NCBI GenBank assembly: GCA_943788175.1
Contig: CALSPG010000005.1
Coordinates: 96,001 to 160,000 of the forward strand
Length of the DNA: 64,000 nucleotides
DNA from: an uncultured bacterium
GTDB lineage: Bacteria > Fidelibacterota > Marinisomatia > Marinisomatales > UBA1611
Direction: 5' to 3'
Position 1 is the first letter of the stretch; each line of letters begins with the position of its first letter. Shown in pieces: positions 31,563 to 40,848 of this stretch. Position numbers and translations under genes: made by a program. The notes under the pieces were generated by a model that saw only the letters and a program-made list of their open reading frames with translations, searched no databases and was not told the DNA's origin.

Positions 31563-32669
31563 TTAATCAGTACTATTCCAATGAATATCCATGGTATGAT
31601 ATTGTGCTTTTCTACGGTTTTTTATTTTGACAGGAAAGTTGTAGGTTGCTGTCTCTCCTGGCTCCAAAGCCGTATCTGCAATAACACCGGAATTATAAAT
31701 TATTCTTGAACCTTTAACAAAGGCAGAATCTTGTCCTGCTAGTTTAGTTGTCTGTGTGAATAAATTTGAAACAACTCTAACAAAGTCAGCTCTTCTTTTT
31801 CCAACATTTTTTATTTTACCAGAAAATTCGTGTCTGTCTGGATATATATTAACAAAAGGGTCACCTAAAAATATAACTTTTGGTTCTGGTGGTTCATGTT
31901 TATTTCGTCTAATCACCATCTCTTTTTTTAATACTAATTGACCTATTTGTGTTTTTAATACCATTGATGAATCTGTTTCGCTTAAGATATCACCCATGAC
32001 GACTGTTCCATTTTTCAATTCAATTTTATATTGAAATTCAGGTATTTTTATTAAGTCTAATATCTCTCGACTAACATTTGGCATCGTTTGTTTTTTTTCA
32101 AAAGCGGTGACAATACTTTTTAATGAATCTATTTGATTTTTCAATTCTCTTAAATTTGATTCATACTCAAAAAATTGATCTTCAAACTGTAACTTATCTA
32201 CCTGTTCAAATCGCCTTACTTGTGGAAGAAGATCACTTTCTTTTTGTGTTTGAAGCGGTGTGTTAAGAGTTTGTAATTGGTCCGGCTTATCGAGCGAAGA
32301 AATTTTCGAGTCTTCATTATCCTTTTGTTCTGTTTCTTTAACTATATTGATAATCAAATCTAAGTTTTCAACATTATCATCCATCACAGAAACAGGATTA
32401 GAACTTTTAACCCCAGCATTTATGTTTATTGTGTATTTGCCACTACTAATTTTTTTAAGTTTAAAATCGCCTTTTCGATTTAACTTTGTCTTTTTAACCT
32501 CTGAGCCATCGGTATCTTTTATTAAAGTCACGGAACCTTTTTTAATAATATTTCCATCTTGATCTTTAACGCTTCCTGATATTGTATAACTAGCTTGAAC
32601 AGTATTTAAAAACCACGTGCAGAACAATAATATGATAAATATTTGTTTTTTATTCATGTTCTCTTTCAT
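31563..32669 (-). CDS. Secreted multidomain protein (carboxypeptidase-regulatory-like, coiled coil, small beta domain, FxLYD-like Ig domain)
   Basis: Signal peptide; YTISGSVKDQDG...GDF...GKYTINI; coiled coil (LRELKNQIDSLK); IELKNGTVVMGDILSET; GKIKNVG...FVRV...LEPGETATY. Confidence 0.65.
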   Translation of the reverse strand: MKENMNKKQIFIILLFCTWFLNTVQASYTISGSVKDQDGNIIKKGSVTLIKDTDGSEVKKTKLNRKGDFKLKKISSGKYTININAGVKSSNPVSVMDDNVENLDLIINIVKETEQKDNEDSKISSLDKPDQLQTLNTPLQTQKESDLLPQVRRFEQVDKLQFEDQFFEYESNLRELKNQIDSLKSIVTAFEKKQTMPNVSREILDLIKIPEFQYKIELKNGTVVMGDILSETDSSMVLKTQIGQLVLKKEMVIRRNKHEPPEPKVIFLGDPFVNIYPDRHEFSGKIKNVGKRRADFVRVVSNLFTQTTKLAGQDSAFVKGSRIIYNSGVIADTALEPGETATYNFPVKIKNRRKAQYHTMDIHWNSTD

Positions 32670-33786
32670 TTAAGCTCGCCTTAAAAGCCATCCTACGAAC
32701 TTGTTCAGCCCATATTTTTTCTTCTCCAAGCATATAAACCATATCAAGGATATTATCATAGTAAACATAATTTTCTTTTTTTTCAAGAATAGGTAATATT
32801 TTTGGAATAACATCGGGATCTTTAAAAGAGCCCAAGTTATCTATCGCTTTTTTTCGAATGTCTAAGGGATAATCGCTGTTACTCGCAATCTCTACAACTG
32901 CGAGTTTGACTTCTGGCTCGTTGAACTCTCCTAGAGCAGAAAGCATTGTATTTAAGAGTGTATAATACTGACCTTTTCCAGTATTATATGTATTCAAAAG
33001 TGCCAAGATAAGGTTTTCTTGTTTTACCCCAGCCATAGTATTTATAGCAAATTCACGAACTTCTAAATTAGTGTTTGGATCACCCAACAATTCAGCGAAA
33101 GCGGTTGCAACATCTTCGGGGCTTTTTTTACCTAATATTTGAACGGCTTTATTTCTAATACCCAGCCTAACGTTTGGATCTTTTGCAATGGCAGTAAGAA
33201 CAGGTATTACTTGGTCGCTTTCTAATCCGCCTAATATTTGTGTCAGCATACTTTCTGTTCTGCTCATATTTGCTTTTGCAATTTCATATAAGTCTAGTAA
33301 TACAAGAATTTGATCTTTAGTTCTCACTTTATTCAAATTTTCGGCTATAGTTAAATGTAGGTTGTTTGTTCTATCTTCGAGGATATGCATGCTCTCAACC
33401 ATTGCAAAACTAGCTTTTGGGTTTTCTCTGAAAAGTGCGAGCATTTCTATTGAAGACTTCAAGAATGAGAAATCGACAGCGCTTGTTGTTTCAACCATTT
33501 TTGCAATAGCGTTCAACGCCATTGGGTGTTGAGTATTCGCTAACATTCTACCAGCTTCTATTCTAGCTTTTATATGTTGATCATCATCATTATAAACTTG
33601 AATCATTTCTTCTAAAGCTTGAATATCTCCATCTTGATATGCACTCCTTAGTTTCTGAATATTGTTGAGAAAATTTGGATCGTCAGGATCAATTATCGAC
33701 TTTTTTCCAAAAAAACTTTTAACAGTAGCACAACTTTGAAAAAGTGTAAAACAACAAATTATTATTATTAAATGTCTAATCATCAT
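32650..33786 (-). CDS. HEAT-repeat lipoprotein
   Basis: Lipobox FQSC; repeated helical units with D..+R..A...LG motifs (DPNVRLGIRNKAVQILG, DPNTNLEVREFAINTMA, DIRKKAIDNLG). Confidence 0.75.
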   Translation of the reverse strand: MMIRHLIIIICCFTLFQSCATVKSFFGKKSIIDPDDPNFLNNIQKLRSAYQDGDIQALEEMIQVYNDDDQHIKARIEAGRMLANTQHPMALNAIAKMVETTSAVDFSFLKSSIEMLALFRENPKASFAMVESMHILEDRTNNLHLTIAENLNKVRTKDQILVLLDLYEIAKANMSRTESMLTQILGGLESDQVIPVLTAIAKDPNVRLGIRNKAVQILGKKSPEDVATAFAELLGDPNTNLEVREFAINTMAGVKQENLILALLNTYNTGKGQYYTLLNTMLSALGEFNEPEVKLAVVEIASNSDYPLDIRKKAIDNLGSFKDPDVIPKILPILEKKENYVYYDNILDMVYMLGEEKIWAEQVRRMAFKASLNEREHE

Positions 33787-34516
33787 TTTCCCATTGATGC
33801 AGTGTCAATTGTTTACCGTCAAAGACTGCATACGATGGCTGGTCTTGCCAGTCACCGAGAACCGCTAGTTTCCCTTTTCCTGCATCTATTAATTCATTTA
33901 GATGATAATGGCCACAAACCATGTAGTCAAATCCTTTTTCAAAGTGACTAGAAGCATGTTTTTTAAGTTCTGTTCTAATCTTATCCTTGATTTCAGTTGG
34001 TAACTCTGGGTGGTTCTCTGTTCGAGAGATTTTTCTGGCAATTTTATATGCAGTAGTTGGGTGTAAGAACCGAAAGCACCAAATGAAAAACGGAGAACGA
34101 ATTATCTTTTTTAAAATTCTATACCCATAATCCCAACTTAAGAGTCCATCTCCGTGAGTAATATAAAAGTTCTTTCCTCTAATAGAAAAAGTTGTATCGT
34201 CAAAGTAAGTATGGTTCATTAATTTTTCTTTCATGAAATCTAAAACCCAATAATCATGGTTCCCTGCAATAAACCTTAAATCTACTCCAGCTTTTCGTAA
34301 TTGAAATGCTTTATTATAAAAGTCAAAATATGATTTAGGTATCATATCAGGATATTCAAAATAAAAATCAAACAAATCACCAACAAAAAAAAGCGTGCCT
34401 CTTGTCGTTCTGACAAAATTTAAAAATCTATATAGGGATTGTCTTTTAGCATCTTCTTCGGAAGATTCATTTAACATTAAGTGCACATCTGAAATAAAAT
34501 AAATTGGTAATTCCAT
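33776..34516 (-). CDS. lpxH: UDP-2,3-diacylglucosamine diphosphatase (LpxH-like metallophosphoesterase)
   Basis: FISDVHL, GDLFDF, GNHD, THGD, CGHYH, LGDW. Confidence 0.8.
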   Translation of the reverse strand: MELPIYFISDVHLMLNESSEEDAKRQSLYRFLNFVRTTRGTLFFVGDLFDFYFEYPDMIPKSYFDFYNKAFQLRKAGVDLRFIAGNHDYWVLDFMKEKLMNHTYFDDTTFSIRGKNFYITHGDGLLSWDYGYRILKKIIRSPFFIWCFRFLHPTTAYKIARKISRTENHPELPTEIKDKIRTELKKHASSHFEKGFDYMVCGHYHLNELIDAGKGKLAVLGDWQDQPSYAVFDGKQLTLHQWENDD

Positions 34517-34640
34517 GATTTAAAAAATATCTTTATAAATTTAGTTTTAATAAGAGTGTTAAATTTAACAATAAAATTTACTTTTCAGGACATATTGACA
34601 TTATCTTGAATTTTTTCTTAATGTATCAAACATCCTATTA

Positions 34641-37600
34641 ATGTATTTCGTTAATTCTAAAATGACTTTATTAAAATATATAACAGTTACTACTTTATTC
34701 ATCGGTTCACTTTTTGGACAGTCCTTTGGTAAAAATAAAGTTCAATACAGAGATTTCGACTGGTCATACATCCAAACACCTAATTTTGATATATATTTTT
34801 ATGGTAATAATCAGGACTTAGCAGAATTTACCTCAAAAGTTTCTGAAGAAGCCTACGATCAAATATCTACTCACCTTGCATGGGACTTGAAAAAGCGTGT
34901 TTCTATTTTAGTTTATAATTCTCACAATGAATTCCAGCAGACTAATGTTATTGGTCAGTATATGTCTGAAGGCATTGGTGGGGTAACCGAATTGTTTAAA
35001 AATAGGATAGTTTTTCCGTTTGATGGTGATTTCGAACAGTTTAGACATGTTATTCATCATGAATTAGTTCATGCCATGTTGAATGATATGGTTTATGGAG
35101 GTACAGCTCAAAATATGATGGCGAGTAGAACTAGAGTTCGAATTCCTTTATGGTCGAACGAAGGATTGGCCGAATTTTTAAGTTCAAATTGGGATACAAA
35201 AGCAGATATGGTTTTGCGTGATATTGCCATTCATGAAAGAATGCCTACTGTAAATGAGTTGAATTATTTTATGGCATACAAGGGTGGGCAATCCCTGTGG
35301 CGTTTTATTGCTGGTAAATATGGTAGGGAAAAAGTCGGAGAAATATTCCGTTCAATGAAGAAGACGCAAAATGCTGAGAAGGGTTATCAATTAGCTTTAG
35401 GGATGAAGTGGGATGAATTATCTGATCAATGGCACAAGTATTTGAAAAAAGAATATTGGCCAGATATAGCCGATAGAGATCCTCTTGAAGATATGTCAGA
35501 AAAAATTACTGATCATAAAAAAAATAGAAATTTTTACAATGTATCTCCATCTCTTTCTCCTGACGGCAGTACTGTAGCCTTACTTTCAGATAGGTCTGGT
35601 TATTTTGATGTTTACCTTTTAGATGCCGCCACAGGTAAGAAAAAAGCAACATTAGTCCAAGGGAGTCGCTCTGTTAATTTTGAAGAACTTAAGTGGTTGC
35701 AGCCTGGTATATCATGGTCACCTGATGGAGAAAAAATAGTAATTGCAACTAAATCTGGCTCTTCTGATGCACTGCAGATAATAGATGTTAAATCAAAAAA
35801 AGTAAAAAAAATTGCGATTGCCTTAGACGGCGTATTTTCTGCTGCATGGAGTCCCTCAGGAAACGATATTGCATTTGCGGGTAATCATAATGGCTCTAGT
35901 GATATCTATATTTACAATTTCGAAAAAGACAACTTTAAAAAAATTACAAATGATGTTTTTTCAGACTCATATCCATCTTGGAATCAAAATGGAGAGGAGA
36001 TTGCTTTTGTTTCAGATCGAGGTATTTACATAGATGGTAAATACAGCGGGAGAATAGAAGATCATGATTATCGTCAAACTGATATTTATGTTGTTAACAT
36101 AAATAGTGGCGAAATTAGTAGAGTTACGGACACTCCAGATAACGAGAGTTATCCTATTTGGGCAAATTCTGAAAGAACACTTTTCTATACCTCTGACCAC
36201 AACGGTGTTTATAATTTATATAAATATTCATTTAATGAAAATAGCAATAGAGATTCTGATAATAATAATGGTCCAATAGCGATTACAAACGTTTTAACAG
36301 GATTGCAACAGCCTACAATTTCTAAGGATGATAAATCAATAATTTTTGCTGGGTATTCTGGAGTTGGTTGGGACTTGTATGGTTTGAACAACCCATTAAA
36401 TATGAGCAGTAAAAAAATATCCCCTACACAATTCATTAAATCAAGAGATAAAGAAGATTTATCTGTAGCGGATATTCGCGATACAGATAAAATTGAAAGA
36501 ATTGATCTAAATACAAACTCTTCATATTCAAAGTGGGTATTTGCTAAGGGTTATGAGAATTATAACTATTCATTGGATGATAAGAGCCCTAAGAAAGAAA
36601 TAGCTGTCAAAGACACTCTTGTCGACGGTGCTCATATTCCAAAATCATATAAAACAAGATTTACATTAGATATGGTTAGCGGGAACTTGCAAATAAGTAA
36701 TGTGTTTGGTGCCACCGGTATGACTTACTTCGCTTTTAGTGATATCTTAGGTAATCATCAAATACAATTTGGTACAGAGATGGTACTCACTCTTGAAGAT
36801 AGTGATTATTTTTTATCATATGGTTATCTAAAGAATAAAACGGATTACTATTTTGTGGGTTTTCAGAATGCTGACTTTTTTCAAGCTGGTTATTATTCAC
36901 TTGGGCGTTTGAGGCATTATGGGTTGCAATCTTATATATCGCACCCATTTAGTCGTTTTCAAAGAATTGACTTTGGTCTTACATGGCATAATATTAGCTA
37001 TGATATTCTTGATAGGGTAATCAATACCTTTGGGCAAGAAGAATTAATAAAAAGGCCTGGGTCTTCGACAAATTTTTCTACAATTTTACCACGAGCAAGC
37101 TGGGTTATTGATAATTCTATTTTTGGATTTACTGGGCCAATAGATGGGTTCAGACAAAATATTTCTGTTACAGCTAGTCCTGGATGGAAAACTGATTTTA
37201 AGTTTCAAACTATAAAAGTGGATGCCCGAAAATACTGGCGCTTTGGACGTGATTATACTTTAGCTGTTAGAGGATTTTTAGGAAGAAGCCAAGGTAAAAA
37301 TGCTCAGAAATTTTTTCTAGGTGGGATACCATACTTGCTTACAGATTTTCAAAGTGGTACAACAAATGGAGATAGTGATGCTTCTGCATACAGGAGTGTT
37401 TTAACAGATACTTCAAATTCAAACTTAATAACTGACGTCTACTTTACAGAATATGCGTTCCCAATGAGAGGTGCTCGTTTCGCAGAGAGGGTTGGTACTT
37501 ATGCTTCACTTTTTAATTTTGAGGTAAGGTTTCCATTTATTAATTATCTTGCCTTAGGGTTTCCCCTTAAAAGTTGTGTTTGGAAATATAAGAGGTCATG

Positions 37601-37836
37601 CCTTTGTTGATGTTGGAGCAGCTTGGGATTCATCTAAGGAATTTTCTTCAAATAGTTGGCCAGAAAGATATGGTTCAAATGATACAGCAAAATTTTCTCC
37701 TTGGGTCGTTACATCTGGATTGGGCGTAAAAATTAATTTAGGATATTTTTTATTGAGAGTTGAATCTGCCTGGGATAAGAACCCAAGCGGTTATTCAAAG
37801 CCACAATGGTATTTGTCCCTAGGCCCTGATTGGTAA
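34641..37836 (+). CDS. Omp85/BamA-superfamily protein with N-terminal gluzincin-like peptidase domain and PD40 beta-propeller (one frameshift near 37570)
   Basis: Signal peptide, FGKNKVQY, HHELVH...NEGLAE, repeated WSP.G PD40 motifs, barrel with MRGA loop-6-like motif. Removing one A from CTTAAAAGTT joins track ORFs 34641..37610 and 37576..37836 (FPLKVVFGNIRG) into about 1064 aa ending in SLGPDW. The true start may be the later MTLLKY. Confidence 0.85.
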
Positions 37837-37886
37837 AATATCTGTCTTGATTCCATCACCCGTAGAAACCAATTTCTCCTACTTCT

Positions 37887-39242
37887 ATGGCGAATAAAAA
37901 AAACAAAATAAACTTTTTATGCTCTGAATGTGGCGATGACTTTGCCAAGTGGAATGGGCAATGTCCTAGCTGCAAGGAGTGGGGTACACTTTCCGAGTTC
38001 AAGGTTTTAGGCAATAAAAATATAAAAAGATCTAAGGTTGATTACCGAGATTATAAGGCCCTCAATGATATTTTAGAATCTGACCCTGGAGAAAGAATAA
38101 CTACTAGCATGACAGAAGCAGATAGAGTGCTTGGGGGAGGCCTTTTGCCTGGGTCATTACTTCTATTAGGTGGAAGTCCTGGAGTAGGTAAGTCAACATT
38201 AGCGTTACATATTTGTTCTGGTGTTAACAAACCAATTTTATATGTCTCTGCAGAAGAAAGTGAAGAGCAAGTTGCTATTAGAGCAAAGAGAATAAGTGTT
38301 AGGCCTGATAACCTTCACCTATCAGGTGAGAATGATTTAAATGGAATCCTTATGCACATAGATAGAATTTCACCAGCTATGGTCATTATAGATTCAATCC
38401 AAACTATTGTAAATTCAGATTTAGACTCTTTGCCAGGTTCTCCTAGTCAGATTAGAGATTGTGGGCAAAAATTTTTGGAAGTCAGTAAACAAAATAATGT
38501 TATTATAATGATTATTGGGCATGTCACTAAAGAGGGGACTATTGCTGGGCCAAAAATGCTAGAGCATATGGTAGATACTGTGCTTTATTTAGAAGGCGAT
38601 GATAGATACGAGCACAGAATTTTAAGATCTGCAAAGAATCGGTTTGGAGCTACAAATGAGGTGGGCATTTTTCATATGAATGAAGATGGTCTTAATGAAG
38701 TCTCAAATCCGTCTGAAATGTTTTTGTCAGAAAGAAGTAAAAACATACCAGGAACTTGTATTTATCCATCTTTAGAAGGCACTAGACCGATATTAATTGA
38801 AGTTCAAGCATTGGTTTCCACCGCTAATTTTGGGACACCTCAAAGAAATGTAAATGGTTTTGATTTAAGAAGGCTATCCATGCTTTTAGCAGTTTTAGAA
38901 AAAAGAATGGAGCTAGTTATGGGGGTCAAAGATGTTTTTATCAATTTAGTTGGAGGTCTAAAAGTGGATGACCCAGCAGCTGACTTATCAATTTTATGTG
39001 CAATAGCTTCAAGTTTTATGGATAAATCAATTGATGAAACAATCGTTTTTGTTGGAGAAATTGGTTTAGCAGGCGAAATCAGGTCAATCAGTCGGTTAGG
39101 GCATAGGTTAGCTGAAGTTTCAGCTTTAGGTTTTAGTGGGGCCGTAGTTCCATCAGCGAGTATGAATGGGAAATTAGAAAAGCATAATCTAAAGATTTAT
39201 CCGGTTGACAATGTTAGGCAAGCTTTCGACATATTATTTTGA
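37887..39242 (+). CDS. radA: DNA repair protein RadA/Sms
   Basis: C4 zinc finger CSEC...CPSC, GSPGVGKS, KNRFG motif, Lon-like C-terminal domain. Confidence 0.98.
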   Translation: MANKKNKINFLCSECGDDFAKWNGQCPSCKEWGTLSEFKVLGNKNIKRSKVDYRDYKALNDILESDPGERITTSMTEADRVLGGGLLPGSLLLLGGSPGVGKSTLALHICSGVNKPILYVSAEESEEQVAIRAKRISVRPDNLHLSGENDLNGILMHIDRISPAMVIIDSIQTIVNSDLDSLPGSPSQIRDCGQKFLEVSKQNNVIIMIIGHVTKEGTIAGPKMLEHMVDTVLYLEGDDRYEHRILRSAKNRFGATNEVGIFHMNEDGLNEVSNPSEMFLSERSKNIPGTCIYPSLEGTRPILIEVQALVSTANFGTPQRNVNGFDLRRLSMLLAVLEKRMELVMGVKDVFINLVGGLKVDDPAADLSILCAIASSFMDKSIDETIVFVGEIGLAGEIRSISRLGHRLAEVSALGFSGAVVPSASMNGKLEKHNLKIYPVDNVRQAFDILF

Positions 39243-40372
39243 AGTATTCAATAACCCATTTTGACAAAAAAACTTCCGCTAGAACAGGTCTAATCACAAC
39301 AGATCATGGCAATATTCAGACCCCCGTGTTTATGCCAGTTGGAACTATTGGAGCTGTTAAAACATTTTCCCCCCATGAATTAGAAGGTTTAGGCGCAGAC
39401 ATCATCCTTGGAAACACCTACCACCTTTATTTAAGACCAGGGACTGATATTATTCACGAAGCAGGTGGCCTTCATGCATTTTCAAACTGGACAAAACCGA
39501 TGTTAACTGATAGTGGAGGCTTCCAAGTCTTTTCATTAGCCAACTTAAACAAAATAACAGATGATGGTGTTGAGTTTCAATCCCACTTAGATGGAAGTTC
39601 TCATAATTTGACGCCAGAAAAATCTATGGAAATTCAGCGTTTTTTAGGTTCAGATATAATTATGGCCTTTGATCATTGTCCTCCAGGGAAAGCAGATAAA
39701 AAAGAAGTAATCAAAGCTGTAAAAAGAACGAGCGATTGGTTTAAGAGGTGTAAAATATATTTGCGAAATAATCCTAGCTTATACAGCCACGATCAAACTT
39801 TATTTCCCATAATTCAAGGTGGGGTGGATAAGGAAATGAGAAGAATAAGTATTGAAGGGTTAGTTGAACAAGCAGATTCGGGGATCGCAATCGGGGGACT
39901 AGCTGTAGGAGAGGAAAAAAACGCGATGTTTGACACAATTGACTTTTGTGATTCGTTGCTTCCTAAAGATAGGCCTAGGTATTTAATGGGTGTTGGAAAA
40001 CCTACAGACATTGTAAGAGCGATTAGACTAGGTGTTGATATGTTTGATTGCGTAATGCCGACAAGGAATGGTCGAAACGGTCAAATATTTACATCTGATG
40101 GAACAGTTAACATTACAAATGGAAAATATAAAAATGACCATTCATTAATCGATGAAAATAGTACACATGCTTATGGGCGCATGTTTACAAAGTCATATGT
40201 CAGGCACCTTTTTAATGTTAAGGAGATTCTAGGATTACGCATTGCCTCGACTTTAAACATCTCTTACTACATTTCATTAACAAAAAAAATACAAGAAACT
40301 ATTCAATCGGGTGACTTTGATGTTTGGTCCAACAGTTGGCTTAATGATATGAAATTGAAAAAAGGCATGTGA
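39239..40372 (+). CDS. tgt: tRNA-guanine(34) transglycosylase
   Basis: TPVFMPVGT, NTYHL, TDSGGFQV, GGLAVGE, YLMGVG, DMFDCVMPTRNGR. The C-terminal zinc ligands are absent. Confidence 0.97.
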   Translation: MKYSITHFDKKTSARTGLITTDHGNIQTPVFMPVGTIGAVKTFSPHELEGLGADIILGNTYHLYLRPGTDIIHEAGGLHAFSNWTKPMLTDSGGFQVFSLANLNKITDDGVEFQSHLDGSSHNLTPEKSMEIQRFLGSDIIMAFDHCPPGKADKKEVIKAVKRTSDWFKRCKIYLRNNPSLYSHDQTLFPIIQGGVDKEMRRISIEGLVEQADSGIAIGGLAVGEEKNAMFDTIDFCDSLLPKDRPRYLMGVGKPTDIVRAIRLGVDMFDCVMPTRNGRNGQIFTSDGTVNITNGKYKNDHSLIDENSTHAYGRMFTKSYVRHLFNVKEILGLRIASTLNISYYISLTKKIQETIQSGDFDVWSNSWLNDMKLKKGM

Positions 40373-40848
40373 TGACTAAAGTAGTAACTCGAGTTATCGA
40401 TGCTTATGTCTACAGAAAGACATCTGAAGGGATTAAATATTTAATTTTAAAACGCGCAAAAACAAAAATTTATGAGCACCTTTGGCAAGGAGTGGCTGGT
40501 AAAATTGAAAAGGGCGAAGAAGCTTGGGAAGCAGCAATTAGAGAGCTCAAGGAAGAAACAAATTTAACACCCGTTACAATGTTCATAGCTGACCATGTTA
40601 GTCAATTTTATGAAAAGCATAAAGATAGAATTAATTTTGTGCCAGTTTTTGGAATCGAAGTTGATTCGGGTGATGTATCAATATCAAGCGAACATTGCGA
40701 GTTTAAATGGGTTGAATTTGAAATAGCTTTATCTCATTTAGTTTGGAATGGACAAAAAAAAGGGATTAATGTAATTAATGAGATGATTATATCTAATGAT
40801 GACAGAATGAAGTGGTCTGGAATTAATCTATCCGATACATTGTTTTGA
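40369..40848 (+). CDS. NUDIX hydrolase (NudB-like)
   Basis: Nudix box GKIEKGEEAWEAAIRELKEET, WQGVAG, SSEH..FKW. Confidence 0.85.
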   Translation: MMTKVVTRVIDAYVYRKTSEGIKYLILKRAKTKIYEHLWQGVAGKIEKGEEAWEAAIRELKEETNLTPVTMFIADHVSQFYEKHKDRINFVPVFGIEVDSGDVSISSEHCEFKWVEFEIALSHLVWNGQKKGINVINEMIISNDDRMKWSGINLSDTLF

